Assembly: GCA_047495785.1 (NCBI GenBank)
Contig: JBLDXI010000029.1
Location: 3,286,001 to 3,350,000, forward strand
Direction: 5' to 3'
Origin: Lepidodermella squamata
Lineage: Eukaryota > Animalia > Gastrotricha
DNA length: 64,000 bases
Shown here: piece by piece, positions 58,835 to 64,000 of the stretch
How positions within the stretch are numbered: the first letter of the stretch is position 1
Layout: each line of letters begins with the position of its first letter
The notes under the pieces: generated by a model
The model's database searches: none
Seen by the model: the letters and a program-made list of their open reading frames with translations, nothing else
Told to the model about the DNA's origin: nothing
Made by a program: the position numbers and the translations under genes

Positions 58835-59377
58835 ATGAAGTTTCTGATTATTTTTGCCGTTGTTGCTACAACAGTTTCCGCGAACTGGTTTGGCGATCAC
58901 TTTGGCGGAGGCCAGTTTGGTGGCGGTCATCATCACGGCGGCGGTCATCATCAATACCCAGGTGGCGGTGGTGGTAACAATTTTCAAAATCAAGGCAATT
59001 ACGGCAATTACGGCAATTACCAAGGCGGTGGCAATAATCAGTACAGGTACCAATACATCGCTAACAGCTTCAACTTCACGGCCGCCATTACGCAATGCCG
59101 AACCCTGGGCGGATACCTGGCCGTCATCACTAATCCGTCACAGAACAGTGCTATCGGTTCAGTAGCTGGCAGCAACTGGGTTTGGATCGGCCTTTCGCAC
59201 AACAACTCGGCCTGGCATTGGCTCAATGGTCACAGTTTGAACTCGAACTCGTTCACGGCTTGGGCGTCTGGTCAGCCGAACAGCGGGACAGCTTCTGGTT
59301 GTGCCTATTTCAACAACATGGAGTGGTATGACACGTATTGCAGCCGCGACATGTACCCGTTATGCCAGATTCCGTAA
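58835..59377 (+). CDS. Secreted C-type lectin domain protein 2 with a Gly/His/Asn-rich N-terminus
   Basis: Signal peptide, GGGHHHGGGHHQ and (GNY)3, WIGL, WASGQPN, WYD; TATA-like TATATA at ~58745. Confidence 0.9.
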   Translation: MKFLIIFAVVATTVSANWFGDHFGGGQFGGGHHHGGGHHQYPGGGGGNNFQNQGNYGNYGNYQGGGNNQYRYQYIANSFNFTAAITQCRTLGGYLAVITNPSQNSAIGSVAGSNWVWIGLSHNNSAWHWLNGHSLNSNSFTAWASGQPNSGTASGCAYFNNMEWYDTYCSRDMYPLCQIP

Positions 59378-59961
59378 AAACAAGATTTCCTACATGCACT
59401 TAACCTATATCTCTGTGTTTTTTTGCGATTTTGTTGAATAAAAAAATGATTTTAAACGGGTTTTCTTGAATTTGAGTGCGTAAAACTGCTTTTAAAAATT
59501 CATTCCAAATTGTGTAAAGAGAGTTGAGTGAAAATTGAGCAAGATTATTCAGGGACAAAACTAATGCTGAACATTTAAATTAAGGAGGAATTTTCAAAAA
59601 TTCTGGTTTGGAAAATTTCTGTGCGCAAAGTAGGAACCTCGAACCTCAAACCAGATAGCGAAGTATGACAGCAGAACTGTTTAGAATAAGGCAAATCGAT
59701 ATAAGGTTCCCCCTTCGGTCTTTGACTGACTTCACCGGTCAGGGATGATCTTAACCATCCCTAGTGGTACATCGCTCTCTGCCTCGAGCTAGGGGGCATT
59801 AGTTTTATGACCAAAATGTCCCCACCAATCATTGGATTTTTCCGATTTTCCACCTGCCTTGTTTTGGATCTTCGTTTTCTTTGTTTAGACTTGAAATGAG
59901 CTCTGAATTAGCTTGAATTAAATTTATTCAGTTTTGCTTTCACAGCTCTAGCTTTCAATGG

Positions 59962-61696
59962 CTAGAATATCGAAAGCATTTTACAAAAAATGTACGTATC
60001 CACAAAAATTACTAGAAGGGCCGTTATGCCGAAGAACATGGCATCAACAAAACGAATAAGGGTCATTCCCATGACGCCTGTCATGATTTTTTGCTGAAAT
60101 GTAACCTGATTCGCCAGTTCGTTGGCTATCAGCGTGTACGTTGTACACAGAACAGAGGCAGCCTGATGGCAGACAACAATAAGAAGCGTGTACGGGATCT
60201 GGCTCGAGTTCGGTATCATATTGCTGATGATGGATTGGTAAACAGAGAAGGCTAGGACTACAGTGCCGCAAAATGCCGGCCTATCAGGTGCGTCGGGTTG
60301 GAGGAACCCGCAGGCGAAGAGGAGAATTGTGAGAAACATACAGGGCAGAAAGATGTTGATAACATAGAGCGAGGAGCGTCGTTTAAGGTGCAGTGAAAAA
60401 GCTCCACGATCGAAAAATACCGTCGGTTCGTCAGTGTAAGCGATCTGAAGTTTCGAGGATTCGATGCCCTCCAGGGTCCAAACGTCCATCTCTGTAATGA
60501 ATCGACCATCCGATTCGGTCATAACGGCAAACGATACAGAATCAATTTTCGTGTGTTTTATACTCAGAGCCATTTCGAAATTGAATGTACAGTTCTGCTC
60601 ATCGAACGGAAAATTGATCAACCTAAACAAGCAATATAAATTTTTTGTTCATCGAAGATAGTATGACCGTTAACAAGTGAGAAGTGGGGTTTGGCAAAAA
60701 TGGCAAAAAGTGTGTCAACTTGGAGCGGAAACATTCTTGGATTCCAGATGTTCTTACTCGGCTTTTCTTAGGGATTCAAAATTCAGACGTCCAGGAGGCT
60801 CCCATCCACCTTAAAAGACCTAAAGTGTCGTAGAAAAGGCTTATCGATTCAGGTTGACGCGGACTAGCTTGATTCTATCAAAACTTGTTCGAATATTGCC
60901 AACAAGATTCTCAACCTCAGATTAGCCGAAAATGCCGACAGCGCATAAGAAAGTAACATCAGAATTTATTGCGCGACTAATTATTAATTGATGCAATAAA
61001 ACCTCATTTTTTAAGGGCGCATTTTTTCGAAATCAGCGATTTTCACCCGTAAACTTTGAAGCCCACTTTCTCAGCGACCCTGATGACTATCAACCTCTGT
61101 TTGATATCATTAGACTCCTCATTCAGTGATCTTGAAAGCGGCATCAAAATCTCACGGTGACAAAATTTTGCCAAGCCCATTTTTCGCATGTTAACTATCA
61201 TAATATGGGATATGACCAACTCTAAGGGACATTTTGCTGAGACGTATCCATCGGCGAGAAACGAAACTGTTCCATCATGAGAGTATCGGACATGGCCCCG
61301 GTCGAATAGACGTTGCAGGTACATGTCATCTTCAGAATTCATCAGTTGAACGACCGGGTGCCAGGTTGCGGCTGTGTCCATGGAAAACCACGTTACGCCG
61401 CCCCAGTCTGAGATGTTCCACCGGACACACGGATGTTGCCAGTAGAGTGTCAGCTCAGCTGTGACGCCGACAGTTTCTGTTTGTTCGATCAGCTCGCGGA
61501 AGTAGGTTGGCTCGAATTCTAGGTCGACCGTTATCGGGCCGCATGAATTGCGCGGGATCGTCCGTTCAAATATGTCGCATTGCACGTGAAACTGCCGCCT
61601 GAGTCGCGATTCTGTTGGCGAGAATATATTATCGTTATCTTGGGCTAGCCTAGAGGCAGCCAGCGACAAAGTTAGAACAAATCTATAGATAACCAT
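59962..61696 (-). CDS. Divergent Cys-loop ligand-gated ion channel subunit (nAChR-like, non-alpha); exons 61696-61221, 60622-59962
   Basis: Cys-loop CPLELINFPFDEQNC (C-x13-C) spans the intron; W.P.V.L.N; LKRR..YVINIFLPC M1; four TM segments. Confidence 0.85.
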
Positions 61697-62345
61697 GTCA
61701 TCCATTTTTAGTCGATCTGAGCATAGGGATTCTTGGCTAGCATGTAGAAGGGTCATTGGGGAAGTCACTACTTCAGCACCATTTCGGATGCTGCGATACG
61801 CGCTCTAAGTCGTAGGCTAATATTTGTTCTTTGTATAGTTGACATCCGAGTTGAAGATCGATAGCAGATAATATAAAACAGGGTGATCTGATTTCTATTA
61901 TTAACTGGCAATTGGCAGCGCATTATAAACTGAAGAAGATTAATTTGGGTCACGTGACCAACGCAAAACTGCGAAAAAATTCCCATTTCAGGCAACCCGT
62001 CATATCAGCAAATGCCCTAAACAGCAAACGCGACGAAACAGCAAATGCGACAAAATAGCAACTTTTTCAGCTTGCGACATAACAGCAGAAAAATGGTACG
62101 AAATAACAAATTTGCTGTTTAGTCGCATTTGCTGTTTTAGCGTCGTTCTTTTTTCACTCTCAGTCGTTGGAGAATTTTCTGAATATTATTTAGGTATCAC
62201 AACCGCCGCCACGTTATTCGAAAGTAGCCCTTTGATATTTTCATTTATAAAATACAAAAACAATTAGAGTTCGTGAATCACATAAGGATTGTTCTTCCAC
62301 TTCCGCGCATAACTACTCTCGTTGGTCTATTTTATATAAGCAGGT

Positions 62346-63990
62346 ATGGCCTCATCTAATAGCATGTTAACCTTACTATTTTGGGGCATTTCTATCATAC
62401 CGATAGCGTATTTATTTAATTGTTTTGTTGCGGATATCGAGAGAGGTTTATCGAAGCCCTCTAAGCCGGATCGCCGTGAACCTCAATACACTGTCGATCT
62501 AACAATTTTCAATCATGAAATACCAGAACATAGCGCTGAATTATGTCCAGCATATCCATTTGCCGATGGAAAAATTCCGAAAATTCTCAACAAAAATGGT
62601 GAGAAATTCTAAATCATTCAAATTAAAACATTATTGGCTTATAATTTCTAAGTTAGATAATGAAAAAAACCAAGATAAATTATATTGAATCCTATTTCAA
62701 TCCTAATATATTTATTGTCAATTCATCATTTTTGATAATTTATTAAATTTTGAAAATATTTTGAAAAACTTCGAATTTTCCCTAATTATATCCATTAGAA
62801 TTGGAGACATTTTCTGTTCCGAGTATGGATGAAATCGAAGGTCAGAATATCGATGTCAAAATGGGCGGTCATTATTGGCCCCCTAATTGCCGCACGCTAG
62901 AAAGCGTCGCCTTAATATTACCCTATCGAAATCGCGAAAAAAACCTGCGCGCTTTTCTATCAATCATGCACCCGCTGCTACAACGCCAACGCCTTCACTA
63001 CGCCATTATCATCGTCGAACAGCTTGATGACGAGCCGTTCAACAGAGGCGCTTTGCTCAACCTTGGCTTCGACGTGGCGATGCGGCTCTTCAATTGGACC
63101 TGTGTCATTTTTCATGATATTGACAAGGTGCCTTATGATGAGCGGCAGGATTACGGGTGTCCGAAGCCAGGTCACGTTCGCCACATGGCCCAGTTTCAGG
63201 ACAGATTCAACGGATGGTAAATCAACCTGAAATTCATTTCAAATATTTTCGAAATTATTCTTATATTTTGAAGGATTTTATGATTTCTCGGTGTGATCTT
63301 TTTGCACAAATTATGAATCATCACTTTGCAAAAAGTGCAGCGATGATTCATAATTATTAGCTCTTGTTCACACACAGTTTATGATTCATTCACATCTCCT
63401 AATTTATTTTGAAAATTTTGAAAACTCCACAAAAATTTCATATGAAATTTTGAATTTTATGACATTATCAAATTATCGAATTTTTTAAAAATAATTTGTT
63501 CGTTTTTATCCAGGCTTTGGAGAGATGGATTTTTCGGTGGAGTGAACGCTATTCGATCCGATGATGTTCGGCGCATGAATGGCTTCAGCAATATTTATTT
63601 CGGCTACGGTTTCGAAGACGATGAAATGCTGGCTCGTTGTACGGCAGCTGGTCTCAAAATTTGTAAAAATTTTCACTTTTTCAATAAATTCCATTTTTAC
63701 GCTTCAATTATTTTCAGATAGAGAACACCCTGTTGTAGCCACGTTTGGAAATTTCGAACATTCGGACAAGCCAAATACAGCCTTCGATAAGTTGGTCGAA
63801 GCAGTTCTTAATTTAATTATATCTTTCAAATATTTTCCGCTTCAGTGAATTTCTACTGGACAGCATTGACGCTAGAATAGCTCACGATGGCCTGACGTCA
63901 CTTGGCATCTATGATTTCAACACTTCGGTCGAATTCAAGCCCCTTTACACAAGAATAACTGTTAAATTGAATGCTACATCGATGTTCAAG
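62346..63990 (+). CDS. GT7 beta-1,4-galactosyl/GalNAc-transferase-like, multi-exon, probably continues past the window
   Basis: Type II anchor, GGHYWPPNC, VALILPYRNRE, FNRGALLNLGF, FHDID, FFGGV, NGFSNIYFGYGFEDDEM. Confidence 0.85.
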
Positions 63991-64000
63991 GTTAGGAAAA

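Noticed and set aside
62000-62145. ACAGCAAA/TTTGCTGT repeat patch
   Set aside because: Short degenerate inverted repeat without defined ends; likely a MITE remnant.

Overview
This is eukaryotic, gene-dense invertebrate animal DNA (GT-AG introns, many short ones; Cys-loop receptor, C-type lectins, collagen-type prolyl 4-hydroxylase, SOCS-box protein). I cannot name the species. The left half (1-33 kb) holds a prolyl 4-hydroxylase alpha subunit, a 359-aa head-only SMC6 derivative with no coiled coils or hinge, an ankyrin/SOCS-box gene, a local tandem duplication, several small secreted or membrane peptides, three LamG/ConA-like secreted proteins, many non-autonomous DNA transposons (several with readable TIRs and TSDs) and a solo LTR. 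The right half (33.3-64 kb) is a dense cluster of non-homologous Golgi-type glycan enzymes: 4 METTL24/FkbM-like methyltransferases, 4 GT92-like, 4 GT31-like, 1 fucosyltransferase-superfamily enzyme and 1 GT7, plus 2 C-type lectins. This is my best candidate for an undescribed system: an animal gene cluster for making a methylated, fucosylated, galactose-rich glycan. Exon structures were worked out by hand from splice signals and reading-frame continuity. Family assignments come from recognised motifs, not database searches.
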